Assembly (NCBI GenBank): GCA_024762925.1
Contig: JANTGM010000010.1
Coordinates: forward strand, 64,001-95,015
Source of the DNA: Kofleriaceae bacterium
GTDB lineage: Bacteria > Myxococcota_A > Polyangia > Haliangiales > Haliangiaceae
Length of the DNA: 31,015 nt
Direction: 5' to 3'
Shown here: in pieces, positions 17,978-27,130 of the stretch
How positions within the stretch are numbered: position 1 is the stretch's first letter
How the letters are laid out: each line of letters starts with the position of its first letter
Translations under genes and position numbers: made by a program
Notes under the pieces: model-generated
Told to the model about the DNA's origin: nothing
The model's input: the letters and a program-made list of their open reading frames with translations, nothing else
Databases searched by the model: none

Positions 17978-18690
17978 GTTCTGGAATCTACGCGGCGCTC
18001 GCCGGAGCGCGGGCTCAGAGTAGCGCACTGGATTCGACAGCGCGCAACATCGCGAACGTCAGCACTACTGGCTACAAGGCAGAGCGCATCAGCTTCAAGA
18101 AGTCGCTTTCTGCTGCACAGTCTCCAGACCAAAAGTATGTCGCGATTCAAGCTCCTGCCTTCGACTTGAGCCAAGGAGCAATTCGACACACAGGCAATGC
18201 ACTCGACCTTGCCCTTGAGGGAGAGGGCTTCTTTGCCGTTCAAACGGCTGATGGCGAGCGACTCACTCGCGATGGCGCGTTTCGAATCAATGCCGACGGT
18301 CTCCTAGTCAATTCGACGGGTGCCCAGGTGCTCGATGATGGAGGTGATCCGATTCAGCTTCCAACCGACGCAGGGTTCGTTGAAGTCACCGATGCGGGTG
18401 AGGTCTTCGCCGATGGTATCTCAGTTGGCGATTTGAAACTCGTTAGCTACGACGGTGACAAGCTCACACGAGTTGGAGCAAATCTGTACGCCGCCGAGGG
18501 TGAGCCTCTCGAAGACGCCGAGCTCCCTGCAGTCGTGAGCGAGTCGCTTGAAGGTTCAAACTTCAATGCAGTGCGGGGAGTGGTCGACGTCATCAAGGTG
18601 ACGCGCACGTTCCAGGCACTGGTGAAGATGATGGAAAGCTACAAAGAAACAGAGAGCCGGGCCGCAAAAGCTCTCGGCGGACCCAAATAG
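17974..18690 (+). CDS. flgF: Flagellar proximal rod protein FlgF
   Basis: N-terminal 'GIYAALAGARAQSSALDSTARNIANVSTTGYK' rod/hook family motif. 238 aa. Immediately precedes flgG. ATGA overlap with fliA. Confidence 0.85.
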   Translation: MSSGIYAALAGARAQSSALDSTARNIANVSTTGYKAERISFKKSLSAAQSPDQKYVAIQAPAFDLSQGAIRHTGNALDLALEGEGFFAVQTADGERLTRDGAFRINADGLLVNSTGAQVLDDGGDPIQLPTDAGFVEVTDAGEVFADGISVGDLKLVSYDGDKLTRVGANLYAAEGEPLEDAELPAVVSESLEGSNFNAVRGVVDVIKVTRTFQALVKMMESYKETESRAAKALGGPK

Positions 18691-18703
18691 AAGGAAGTGA
18701 ATA

Positions 18704-19486
18704 ATGATTCGAGCAATGTCAACAGCCGCATCCGGTATGGACGCCCAGCAAACAAAGCTGGATGTCACCGCGAACAACATCGCAAACGTCAGCACTGCAG
18801 GCTTCAAAAAGGGCCGCGCGGAGTTTGCCGACCTGATGTATCAGACCATTCGTGCTCCAGGCACTGCCACAGGAGAGGGAACTACCGCTCCCACTGGAGC
18901 TCAAGTTGGTATGGGCGTGCGAACCGTCGCCACCCAGCGCCAGCACAGCATGGGCGATTTACAGCAAACTGGGAACACTCTCGATATGGCCATCGAGGGA
19001 CGTGGCTTCTTCCAAGTTGAGCTTCCCACAGGCGAGAACGCGTACACACGCAACGGCGCTTTCAAGATCAACGCAGAAGGAACCATGGTGAATGCCGATG
19101 GCTACAAACTCACATCAGAAATTGTCGTACCGCCAGATGCGCAGAGTGTCGCGATTGGCGCCGATGGCACGGTGACGGCTATTGTGCCTGGAGAAAGCAC
19201 ACCCACCGAATTGGGGCAAATTCAGGTCGCGATGTTCGCGAACCCCAGTGGACTTCAATCAACCGGAAAGACGCTGTATCGCGAAACGGCTGCCTCTGGC
19301 ACCGCCATTTTGGCGAACGCAGGCTCTGAGGGCGCTGGCGGTCTTGCACAAGGAACTCTTGAGATGTCGAACGTCAAGGTTGTCGAAGAGATGATCGACT
19401 TGATCTCGGGGCAGAGAGCCTACGAAATCAATTCGCGAGTGATTTCCGCAGCGGATGAAATGCTCCAGAGAACTGGGAACCTCTAA
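18704..19486 (+). CDS. flgG: Flagellar distal rod protein FlgG
   Basis: 'MIRAMSTAASGMDAQQTKLDVTANNIANVSTAGFK...' and C-terminal 'LEMSNVKVVEEMIDLISGQRAYEINSRVI'. 260 aa. SD aaggaag. Confidence 0.92.
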   Translation: MIRAMSTAASGMDAQQTKLDVTANNIANVSTAGFKKGRAEFADLMYQTIRAPGTATGEGTTAPTGAQVGMGVRTVATQRQHSMGDLQQTGNTLDMAIEGRGFFQVELPTGENAYTRNGAFKINAEGTMVNADGYKLTSEIVVPPDAQSVAIGADGTVTAIVPGESTPTELGQIQVAMFANPSGLQSTGKTLYRETAASGTAILANAGSEGAGGLAQGTLEMSNVKVVEEMIDLISGQRAYEINSRVISAADEMLQRTGNL

Positions 19487-20187
19487 TGCGTGCGTTCTTC
19501 ACCGTCCTATTTGTGTTGGGAGTTGCCACGGTGTCTCCTGCAAATGCAAAGTCTCGGAGCAAGCAAGACACGGCTACGAGTCTCGACCGCCAGGTCATGG
19601 CGGAAGTGAAGCGAATGCTTCCAGAAGGACTGGCTGTTGCTTCGGTCTCGGTCCCAGACACGCTCCAACGGCGCAGATCCAGCAAGGACGTTGTTTCGCT
19701 CCGTTGGCGACAGCCTCCAAGAAAAGGTCGCACCATTGTGCAAGTTCTTGTGCACAAGCATAGTGGGCGAATCAAAAAAGGCTGGGCTCGCATTGAACTC
19801 GTCGAGCTCGGCAAGGTGGTTGTTGCAGCAGTTGATTTGGAGGCTGGCACGACGATCGAAGCGGGGCAGTTGCGAGTGGAGGAGCGTGCACGGACCGAAG
19901 CGAGTTTGTTGCAAGTGGAACCTACGTACCTGCTCGGTGCCCGCGTTGTTCTGGCACGGCGAGCGGGCGAAGCACTTCGCGACAGTGATGTTTCCATGCC
20001 CATGCCGATTGCGCGCGGCACAGAAGTTCGTGTCGTCGTGCGCAGAGGTGGCGCTGTCGTCGCAACAAGCGGTGTCCTGGAGACCAAGGCAATGGTTGGA
20101 TCTCCTGCACGCGTTCGTGTCTCCGGAAAACTGTTGGCAGGCAAACTCACTCGTTCCGATCTTGTAGAGCTAGGTGGTATCCGATGA
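19486..20187 (+). CDS. flgA: Flagellar P-ring assembly chaperone FlgA
   Basis: Signal peptide MRAFFTVLFVLGVATVSPANA. C-terminal SAF-like region 'GAVVATSGVLETKAMVGSPARVRVSGKLLAGKL'. Position before flgH and flgI. Confidence 0.75.
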   Translation: MRAFFTVLFVLGVATVSPANAKSRSKQDTATSLDRQVMAEVKRMLPEGLAVASVSVPDTLQRRRSSKDVVSLRWRQPPRKGRTIVQVLVHKHSGRIKKGWARIELVELGKVVVAAVDLEAGTTIEAGQLRVEERARTEASLLQVEPTYLLGARVVLARRAGEALRDSDVSMPMPIARGTEVRVVVRRGGAVVATSGVLETKAMVGSPARVRVSGKLLAGKLTRSDLVELGGIR

Positions 20188-20900
20188 TTCGCTTTCTTGA
20201 TTCTCTTCGCTCGCTGCGCATGCATGCGTCCTTGGCCGTCGCCTCGAGCATTATCGTCGCAGGTTGCACAACTCATATTGCTCCGTATCGACCAAAGAAG
20301 CGGCGTTTTGACCCCGGCGAGTATGCTTCTGCACCAAAACGTGCTCCGGGGAGTTTGTATGCCCCTGGCGACAGCGGGCTCTATGAAGATGCTGTTGCCA
20401 GACGCGTGGGAGATATTCTTGTGATTCGCATCGACGAGCGAGACTCCGGATCTCAGAACGCAAGCGCAAACCTCGGACGAAAAGACGATTCGAAGTTTGC
20501 CGTACCCAGCGCCTTTGGCCTTATGAGCAAGCTCCAGGAAAAATTCCCAAGCGTCGACCCGACCGCGCTTTTTGGGGCGCAAAGAGAGACCAAGTTTACG
20601 GGGAGCGGACAGTCCAGCCGGCAGGGAAATCTCACGGCAACACTGCCGGTTCGAGTTCGAAAGGTGATGCCCAACGGCGACCTATATATTGAGGGAAGCA
20701 AGGTCGTGATGGTCGGTAACGAAGAGCATCATATCTATGTTAGCGGCATTGTCATGGCGTTGGACATCGATGCTAATAACTCAGTCGCCTCATCGCGCAT
20801 TGCCGATGCCGAGATCGAGTACACCGGTCGCGGTGACATATCCGACCAGCAGCGTCAAGGATGGTTCTCTCGAACGATGGGAAAAGTCTGGCCGTTCTAG
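20184..20900 (+). CDS. flgH: Flagellar L-ring lipoprotein FlgH
   Basis: Lipobox 'IVAGC'. 'SLYAPGDSGLYEDAVARRVGDILVIRIDE' and 'VMPNGDLYIEGSKVVMVGNEEHHIYVSGIV' are typical FlgH blocks. Confidence 0.9.
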   Translation: MIRFLDSLRSLRMHASLAVASSIIVAGCTTHIAPYRPKKRRFDPGEYASAPKRAPGSLYAPGDSGLYEDAVARRVGDILVIRIDERDSGSQNASANLGRKDDSKFAVPSAFGLMSKLQEKFPSVDPTALFGAQRETKFTGSGQSSRQGNLTATLPVRVRKVMPNGDLYIEGSKVVMVGNEEHHIYVSGIVMALDIDANNSVASSRIADAEIEYTGRGDISDQQRQGWFSRTMGKVWPF

Positions 20901-21008
20901 GAACATTCTCACCCAGGGCGATTGCACAGTAATTCCGAACCGGCAGGGCAGATCCTCTCTTATTGCCTCCTCAAGCAACGCAACTTCCAAACCACTACGT
21001 ACGAAACC

Positions 21009-22106
21009 ATGAGCAAACTTATTCTCGCCATCATCGCCACTGTTCTCATGCTTCCGAATTATTCGGAGGCGAGCCGTCTGAAGGATCTCGTCGAAATCGA
21101 GGGCTTCCGATCGAACAAGCTCGTCGGATATGGACTCGTCGTTGGTCTAAGTGGCACCGGCGACAGCGGAAGCTCCGTCCTTGTGAAGCAAAGCATGGCG
21201 AACCTGCTCAAACGACTCGGAACTCGAGTCTCAGCCAGAGATGTGAAAGCCAAGAACGTCGCCGTCGTGCTGGTCACGGCGGAACTGGCGCCATTTGCAA
21301 GACCTGGCATGAAGATGGATGTCTTGGTTTCGTCGTCGGGCGAAGCGAAGAGTCTGCAGGGCGGGGTCCTAATCGCGACGCCTCTTAAGGGGCCAGATCG
21401 CAAGACCTACGCCATCGCACAAGGGGCACTGAGCAACGGTGGCTTCTCCGTGAAAGGACTCTCTGGATCAAGCAGCGTGAAGAATCACCCAACCGCTGGC
21501 CGAATTCCCGATGGAGCCATGGTGGAAGTCGCAGCGCCCTCGGTTTTTCGTTCTGACAAGGTCACGCTCTTGCTGAAAGACCCTGACTTCACGACGGCAT
21601 CGCGCATTGCAAAGGCCATTGACGCGACACTTTCTAGTGAGGTTGCAGTGGTCCGAAATCCTGGGGCGGTGACTGTGAAGATCCGGCCTGAGTGGCGTGC
21701 TCGCGCTGTGCACTTTATCGCGACCCTCGAGTCGATTCATGCCACACCGGATGTTCCGGCACGGGTTATTGTCGATGAGCGGACTGGCACCATAGTCGTG
21801 GGTGCAGGAGTCACCCTAGGTAGTGTTGCCGTCGCGCATGGTGCTCTCACTGTCACGGTTTCCGAAGGCACGCAGATTTCGCAACCGGGAATACTCTCAG
21901 GTGGTGATACCGCAACCGCAGCAAAGGATTCAAAGCTGAAGGTTGAAGAGGCGAAGGGTGACTTGCGGGTTGTTCCTAATGCCACGACCGTTGGTGACGT
22001 CGCAGCCGCGTTGAATGCGCTAGGCGCTAAGCCTAGGGACCTTGTATCGATCTTCCAGGCCCTCAAAGCAGCAGGCGCTCTTCGGGCAGAAATTCAGATC
22101 CTCTAG
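21009..22106 (+). CDS. flgI: Flagellar P-ring protein FlgI
   Basis: Signal peptide MSKLILAIIATVLMLPNYSEA, then 'RLKDLVEIEGFRSNKLVGYGLVVGLSGTGDS', the FlgI signature. The track ORF's upstream extension from 20922 precedes the signal peptide and is rejected. Confidence 0.9.
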   Translation: MSKLILAIIATVLMLPNYSEASRLKDLVEIEGFRSNKLVGYGLVVGLSGTGDSGSSVLVKQSMANLLKRLGTRVSARDVKAKNVAVVLVTAELAPFARPGMKMDVLVSSSGEAKSLQGGVLIATPLKGPDRKTYAIAQGALSNGGFSVKGLSGSSSVKNHPTAGRIPDGAMVEVAAPSVFRSDKVTLLLKDPDFTTASRIAKAIDATLSSEVAVVRNPGAVTVKIRPEWRARAVHFIATLESIHATPDVPARVIVDERTGTIVVGAGVTLGSVAVAHGALTVTVSEGTQISQPGILSGGDTATAAKDSKLKVEEAKGDLRVVPNATTVGDVAAALNALGAKPRDLVSIFQALKAAGALRAEIQIL

Positions 22107-22117
22107 GAGTGTTGACG

Positions 22118-22921
22118 ATGACCGTAGGCCTTGACTCAATGCAACCAAATCTCACCGCGCGAGCGAGCAGTGAGCCCGATGCCAAAGACGCCGGTAAGCA
22201 GCTCGAGGCGTTTTTCGTGCGCCGAATGCTCTCCGAGATGCGCAAGACTGTCGGAGAGGGCATGCTTAGCGGCGGCTACGCGGGCAAGATGTTCCAAGAT
22301 ATGCTCGATGAGGCGATGGCGGCCGACGTTTCAAGGAGTGGAGGTCTCGGTATCGCCGAGATGATGAGCGCAGAACTGGATCCAACAGCAGCTGACGCCA
22401 CAAAAGCCCCTCCCTCCGCAGAGAGCACCCGAGCGCTTGGAGCAGTTCGAGGGCATGCTCGTGCATACCAATCTGGTGGAAGCAACTTGCGCCATGCCCC
22501 CGTCGCGGCTCGAGTGAGTTCCGAGTTTGGGAAGCGTATCCACCCTGTGACCGGAGCTAAGAGTTTTCATGAAGGTATTGACCTGGCGGCCGCAAAGGGC
22601 ACCAAGGTTGCTGTCTCGGGACCAGGGGTCGTTGTACGTGCCGGCAAAGCCGGGAGTTATGGCAACATTGTGGTAGTGGATCACGGTGGTGGGCTCGAGA
22701 CTCGCTACGCTCACCTTGACTCGATGTCGGTAAAGGTCGGGCAACAGGTTGCCGCAGGGGAAATCGTCGGCAGGGTTGGGCAAACCGGTCGAGTGACTGG
22801 GCCGCACCTGCATTTTGAAGTTCGACGCGCTGGCAAAGCCATTGATCCCAAAGGGGAAATCCATGGCCTAGAAAAACATCAGAATAATCCTAAAGACGTC
22901 GGGGCAATGGCCGATCGATAG
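22118..22921 (+). CDS. flgJ: FlgJ-like rod assembly protein: N-terminal rod-binding domain fused to a C-terminal M23 (LytM) peptidase domain
   Basis: N-terminal 'AGKQLEAFFVRRMLSEMRKT' is a rod-binding (FlgJ N-terminal) motif. C-terminal 'HEGIDLAA...GSYGNIVVVDHGGGLETRYAHL...GQTGRVTGPHLHFEV' is the M23 zinc-peptidase HxxxD/HxH signature. SD aggag 9 nt before ATG 22118; GTG 22109 is an alternative start. Confidence 0.8.
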   Translation: MTVGLDSMQPNLTARASSEPDAKDAGKQLEAFFVRRMLSEMRKTVGEGMLSGGYAGKMFQDMLDEAMAADVSRSGGLGIAEMMSAELDPTAADATKAPPSAESTRALGAVRGHARAYQSGGSNLRHAPVAARVSSEFGKRIHPVTGAKSFHEGIDLAAAKGTKVAVSGPGVVVRAGKAGSYGNIVVVDHGGGLETRYAHLDSMSVKVGQQVAAGEIVGRVGQTGRVTGPHLHFEVRRAGKAIDPKGEIHGLEKHQNNPKDVGAMADR

Positions 22922-22938
22922 ACTAAGGGAGCAGATTT

Positions 22939-23250
22939 ATGCGTATTCAAGGACCAAGACAACCAGGGGTTAATCGGAGCGATGCGGCAGAGCGCGACGC
23001 AAAGACAACCAAGGCCGAAGCAAAAGGCGAAAACGCCGGAGTCGACGGCAAACGAGGAGATGTCGTCTCGCTCGGTAGCAGTGCTCGCACACTCTCCGCG
23101 GGCAGCGCGTCGACTCTGGGGCCCGAGATTCGAGCGCGTCTCGATATGGTTCGGCAGCAGTTGCAAAACAACGAGTACGCTGTCGACTACAAGAAGCTCG
23201 CTTCGAACATTCTCGGTGATGAGATTGCTCGCTCGGGAGAAGCTGAGTGA
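22939..23250 (+). CDS. flgM: Anti-sigma-28 factor FlgM
   Basis: 103-aa protein. C-terminal 'RARLDMVRQQLQNNEYAVDYKKLASNIL' matches the sigma-28-binding helix motif. Lies downstream of flgJ. Confidence 0.8.
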   Translation: MRIQGPRQPGVNRSDAAERDAKTTKAEAKGENAGVDGKRGDVVSLGSSARTLSAGSASTLGPEIRARLDMVRQQLQNNEYAVDYKKLASNILGDEIARSGEAE

Positions 23251-23684
23251 ACCTTTCCGCCTCATGGAGCGAGGGACAAGACCTCGACTCACTTGTGAAG
23301 GCGGAGTCCCTCCTGGGACAGCTCTTTGCTGTTTTGGATGAGGAGCTGAAAGCGGTCGCGCGTTTTGACATCGAAGTCATTACGCGAATTGACGGCGACA
23401 AGCGTGAGCTTGTGCGCCAACTTGAGGAACTCACAGCGCAAGAGAAGTCTGGCGCTACACGATCTTCAAGCGAAGTGAGCAGCGAAGAGATGCGCGATGC
23501 AAAGGCGCGTGTTTCTCTCGCGGCTGGGCAAGTCAGAGCGATGATCTACGCCAACTCGGCGTTACTGGGTGAAGCAATTGCGGCAATTTCGGCCAAACTC
23601 GGAGTGGACTCAAGGGTGCAGGGATACGACAACCGTGCGCGCACAGTGGGACCAACCCGGCGATCTTCAACTACGTCGATCTGA
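23247..23684 (+). CDS. flgN: FlgN-like export chaperone for hook-associated proteins
   Basis: 145-aa helical protein between flgM and flgK. 'SLLGQLFAVLDEELKAVARFDIEVITRIDGDKRELVRQLEEL' fits the FlgN pattern. GTG start with GTGA overlap. Confidence 0.6.
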   Translation: MNLSASWSEGQDLDSLVKAESLLGQLFAVLDEELKAVARFDIEVITRIDGDKRELVRQLEELTAQEKSGATRSSSEVSSEEMRDAKARVSLAAGQVRAMIYANSALLGEAIAAISAKLGVDSRVQGYDNRARTVGPTRRSSTTSI

Positions 23685-23697
23685 CTGAGAGTTCATC

Positions 23698-25068
23698 ATG
23701 TCCAGCTTAATGGGCCTCCTCGATATGGGAGGCAGCGCGATTCAAGCGCAAAACGCAGGTATTGCGACAGCCGCAAACAACTCGGCAAACGTCAACACCG
23801 ATGGGTACACGCGCCAGCGAGTCGACTTGCGGGCGAACCTTGGCAGTCCCGTCTATGGTGGAGTCACATTCGGTGATCCGCTGCGAGTAGGCGATGCACT
23901 GCTAGCTGGTCGTCAGCGTCATGTCGGCGGCTCTTCGGGCTACTTCGACAGGCTCTCCAGCGTACTTCTCGATCTGGAAGGCGTGATGACCGCGGCAGAA
24001 GGAGACATTCCAGCTGGGCTGGGCGAGCTCTTTGGCAACATCAACAATGTCGCGTCGTCGCCGCTAGACCCGCAAGTGAGGGAATCGGCGGTCGCTTCTG
24101 CGGAGAACCTCGCATTTGCGTTTCGGCAACAGTCCCAAGAAGTGGCTCGAGCACGCGAGGATGCCGATGAACGAGTTCGCGACACCGCTTCTGAGGCGAG
24201 CGGCCTCACCGGGGAAATTGCGAAACTCAACAAGGCGATTCAATTGCAAAGCGATCCTGTACTTCTCGACCAACGTGAGCAGTCTGCGTTGCGCCTCGCC
24301 GAGCTCGTTGGTGGGAAGGCACGCATCGATGCTGACGGGCAGATGCGCTACCTCCTCGATAACGGCAGCGTTCTGGTCGATGGGCCGCGCGCAGCAAGTC
24401 TTGAGGCATCTGTCGACGCCACTCTCGGGGGATTCTCGCGAGTCGAAGTCGTGGATGGTCCGCACCGCTTGGACATCACCTCACAGATCAGCTCAGGCGA
24501 GCTTGGCGCCGACTTACACTTTCGTGACGACATCACCTCCAATCTCGTTCAAGAGATTGATCAGCTCGCGTTCGACGTTGCCACCAACATCAATGCGATT
24601 CATCGAGCAGGTCAGGGTATAAATGGCAGCACAGGGCAGGACCTCTTTGTGGAGCCCTTGACCGTTAGCGGAGCCGCTCTCTTGTTTGAAGTCGATCCAG
24701 TGGTCGTTGGCGACTCTTCGTTTCTAGCGTCCGGAACCGTTGGTCAAGACGTTGGTGACAACGGCGGCATGTTGGCCTTGCTCGACAGCAGTAACCAACT
24801 TCTGGCTAGTGGAGGGACGCGGACGTTTGTCGAAGAGTCTGTTCGGTCTATTTCGAGTGTGGGCCAAGACGTCCGTGCAGCGATCGTCGATCAGAAATTT
24901 CATGACGCGCAGCGAAATGGCATCGAAGCTCTGCGCGATTCGGTTTCAGGCGTGAGTCTGGAAGAGGAACTCAATCGGCTTTCTCAGTTTCAGCACGCAT
25001 CAGAGGCCAACATGCGCTTCGTGCAAACCATCGATCAGATTCTCGGCGAGATGATCGACAGGCTCTAG
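23698..25068 (+). CDS. flgK: Hook-associated protein 1 FlgK
   Basis: N-terminal 'GSAIQAQNAGIATAANNSANVNTDGYTRQRV' and C-terminal 'LEEELNRLSQFQHASEANMRFVQTIDQIL'. 456 aa. Confidence 0.88.
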   Translation: MSSLMGLLDMGGSAIQAQNAGIATAANNSANVNTDGYTRQRVDLRANLGSPVYGGVTFGDPLRVGDALLAGRQRHVGGSSGYFDRLSSVLLDLEGVMTAAEGDIPAGLGELFGNINNVASSPLDPQVRESAVASAENLAFAFRQQSQEVARAREDADERVRDTASEASGLTGEIAKLNKAIQLQSDPVLLDQREQSALRLAELVGGKARIDADGQMRYLLDNGSVLVDGPRAASLEASVDATLGGFSRVEVVDGPHRLDITSQISSGELGADLHFRDDITSNLVQEIDQLAFDVATNINAIHRAGQGINGSTGQDLFVEPLTVSGAALLFEVDPVVVGDSSFLASGTVGQDVGDNGGMLALLDSSNQLLASGGTRTFVEESVRSISSVGQDVRAAIVDQKFHDAQRNGIEALRDSVSGVSLEEELNRLSQFQHASEANMRFVQTIDQILGEMIDRL

Positions 25069-25094
25069 GCCGCCAACCGTCAGGAAAGAAGAAC

Positions 25095-25970
25095 ATGCGC
25101 ATTACCGAACGTAGAATGCTATTGCAGGCGAGCAGGCAGGTCGCCAAGTCGCGTGAGCGCGTCGCAAGCGCTGCCGGCCCGGTATCCTCGGGCATTGAAG
25201 TCGACCGCCCCTCGGATGACCCGGCGCGTTGGGCTGCTGGGCGAAGAGCGCGTGTTCGATTGCAAGTCGGCGACCTTCGAGAAAAGGCAATCACCGCTTC
25301 AAACGCGAGGCTGTCCGAGTCGGATCGCGTCTTTTCTACGGTTGGCAGTGTCGCAAGCCGTGCCCGCGAGCTCGCGATTCTGGCTGCCAATGATGGTGCC
25401 CAGAATGCGGAGAGTCGCGTTGCTACCGCTGGAGAGGTCACGGCGCTTCTTGGAGAAGCGTTAGTGGCCGCCAATAGTCGCGGCTTGGACGGAGAATTTC
25501 TCTTATCGGGAACTCGTGGTGACAATCCACCGTTTGATGCCAATGGCGTGTATCAGGGCGATGCCAACGCGCGAACGATCGAGGCTGCCGAAGGCAACCG
25601 TCTGGTCGTCACGGTTACTGGCACGCTCTTCACTGCTGCTGAAGGCGTAGACATCTTTGACGAGATCGTGAAGTTCCGAGATGCCTTGCTGGCCGATGAC
25701 CTTACGGGCATTCAGAACGCGATTGGCGCACTGGAGCAGGGCGTCCATCAGGTTTCACTAGGGCGCGCGCAAATTGGTGGGCTTCAGAGTTCTTTGGATG
25801 CTGCGGAGATTGCGCGGGCAGACTTTGAAATGGTGCTCTCAGAAGTTCACCAACGCGCTGTGGAGATTGATCCCATCGAGGCCGCCTCCGAACTCGCTCT
25901 CAGCACACAGGCGCTTGAGGCAGCTCAGGCACTTACAGAGCGCATTGCTCAGGTTGTGCAAGCAGTTTAG
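25095..25970 (+). CDS. flgL: Hook-associated protein 3 FlgL
   Basis: Flagellin-like N-terminus 'MRITERRMLLQ...SSGIEVDRPSDDPARWA'. 291 aa. Position after flgK. Confidence 0.82.
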   Translation: MRITERRMLLQASRQVAKSRERVASAAGPVSSGIEVDRPSDDPARWAAGRRARVRLQVGDLREKAITASNARLSESDRVFSTVGSVASRARELAILAANDGAQNAESRVATAGEVTALLGEALVAANSRGLDGEFLLSGTRGDNPPFDANGVYQGDANARTIEAAEGNRLVVTVTGTLFTAAEGVDIFDEIVKFRDALLADDLTGIQNAIGALEQGVHQVSLGRAQIGGLQSSLDAAEIARADFEMVLSEVHQRAVEIDPIEAASELALSTQALEAAQALTERIAQVVQAV

Positions 25971-26000
25971 CCCACTTATGAATTTCTCAAAAAAAGAGCC

Positions 26001-26036
26001 TAAAGCCCTTCATGAAGACCGATGTCGGGCGAACCA
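26001..26036 (+). promoter_or_regulatory. Candidate sigma-28 promoter for fliC1 (TAAAG-N14-CCGATGTC), with a conserved GGGCGAACCA box
   Basis: The TAAA at 26001 and CCGAT at 26019 approximate TAAA-N15-GCCGATAA. The downstream 10-mer GGGCGAACCA also occurs upstream of fliC2. Confidence 0.35.
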
Positions 26037-26080
26037 GGTAAGCGACACACACCTGCAACGCTACTTTGGAGAAATAAAAC

Positions 26081-26926
26081 ATGGGCATCTCAATCGTCAC
26101 AAACCTTCCGTCACTTCTCGCTCAACGCAACTTGGGCGCAACCCAGCGCGACCTTCAGAACAGCATCGGAAAGCTGTCCTCTGGTCTTCGCATCAACCGT
26201 GCAGCCGACGACGCCGCCGGTCTGGGCATCTCAGAAAATCTCAAAGCCGATATTCGCTCCATGGTTCAAGCCAAGCGAAATGCAAACGACGCAATCTCTC
26301 TGACGCAAGTCGCAGAGGGCGCCATGAACGAAATGCAAGGCATCACCGCTCGTATGCGCGAACTTGGAATGCAATCGGCAAACGGAACCCTTGGCACTAC
26401 CGAGCGCTCCTACATTCAGACCGAATTCAACCAGCTTCGCAACGAAATCAATCGCATCTCGGCCACGACAGAGTTCAACGGCCAAATGCTCTTGGACGGC
26501 TCCGCTTCGGCAGGACTGACCATGCAGGTTGGTATTCACAACACCGGCAACGACAGACTCTCAATGAGCGTCACACGTCTCACCACATCGACAATCGGCT
26601 CGACTTCGATGCACCTGGCAAGTGCCAGCCTCTCAACGGCTACCAACGCACAAATCGCGCTGGATCTCTTCGACAAGGCAATCGAGCAGCTCTCGACCTC
26701 TCGTTCGAATCTTGGTGCACTCCAGAATCGCATCATGATTACCATCAACAACTTGGATGTTGCTCACGAGAATCTCTCAGCAGCCAACTCTCGAATCCGA
26801 GACGTAGACGTCGCCGAAGAATCCGGCCGACTCACCAAGAACCAAATCCTCTCTCAGGCTGGCGTAGCCATCTTGGGACAAGCGAATCAGCTTCCATCGG
26901 CAGCGCTCTCGCTTATCGGAGGATAA
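26081..26926 (+). CDS. fliC: Flagellin (short, ~281 aa, D0/D1-only type)
   Basis: N-terminal 'LAQRNLGATQRDLQNSIGKLSSGLRINRAADDAAGLGISE' and C-terminal 'ENLSAANSRIRDVDVAEESGRLTKNQILSQAGVAILGQANQLPSAALSLI' are flagellin signatures. Confidence 0.93.
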   Translation: MGISIVTNLPSLLAQRNLGATQRDLQNSIGKLSSGLRINRAADDAAGLGISENLKADIRSMVQAKRNANDAISLTQVAEGAMNEMQGITARMRELGMQSANGTLGTTERSYIQTEFNQLRNEINRISATTEFNGQMLLDGSASAGLTMQVGIHNTGNDRLSMSVTRLTTSTIGSTSMHLASASLSTATNAQIALDLFDKAIEQLSTSRSNLGALQNRIMITINNLDVAHENLSAANSRIRDVDVAEESGRLTKNQILSQAGVAILGQANQLPSAALSLIGG

Positions 26927-26946
26927 TAACGGCAACAAAGGCTCGG

Positions 26947-26985
26947 GCCTCGGCGGCACACAGCATGCCGAGGCTCTTGTTTTTG
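26947..26985 (+). terminator. Rho-independent terminator after fliC1 (GCCTCGGC-12 nt-GCCGAGGC + TCTTGTTTTTG)
   Basis: 8-bp perfect stem followed by a U-tract, read directly. Confidence 0.75.
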
Positions 26986-27036
26986 CAAGCCAATCTCACG
27001 GTTTTGAAAAATCGTAAAAAAAGCGCTCTCGGCCCT

Positions 27037-27063
27037 TAAAAGAAATTGGCCTTGGGCGAACCA
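27037..27063 (+). promoter_or_regulatory. Candidate promoter region for fliC2 (TAAAA ... GGGCGAACCA)
   Basis: TAAA at 27037 with a GCGAAC-type -10 about 16 nt downstream. Same GGGCGAACCA 10-mer as upstream of fliC1. A weaker sigma-28 match. Confidence 0.25.
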
Positions 27064-27130
27064 CCTCATTGCAGAGAACACTTGGGTGCAACCGGGCCGC
27101 TTGGCGGCGGTCCATTACAGGAGTGAAGCA

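Noticed and set aside
19428-20582. 384-aa minus-strand ORF (and many other minus-strand ORFs, e.g. 624-1358, 4476-5270, 4636-5424, 13370-13900, 15196-15780)
   Set aside because: All lie antisense to well-supported flagellar genes. Their translations are Ser/Arg/Thr/Ala/Pro-rich with no recognisable motifs, as expected for antisense frames of high-GC DNA. None has a convincing RBS or start context.
20901-21008. Possible sigma-54-like 'GGGCGATTGCACAG' upstream of flgI
   Set aside because: The GG-to-GC spacing is 8 rather than 12, so it does not fit the -24/-12 geometry.
25774-27039. 421-aa plus-strand ORF spanning the flgL end, fliC1 and its terminator
   Set aside because: Alternative frame of the flagellin gene. 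Arg/His/Ser-rich nonsense that crosses a terminator hairpin. Flagellin in the other frame is unambiguous.
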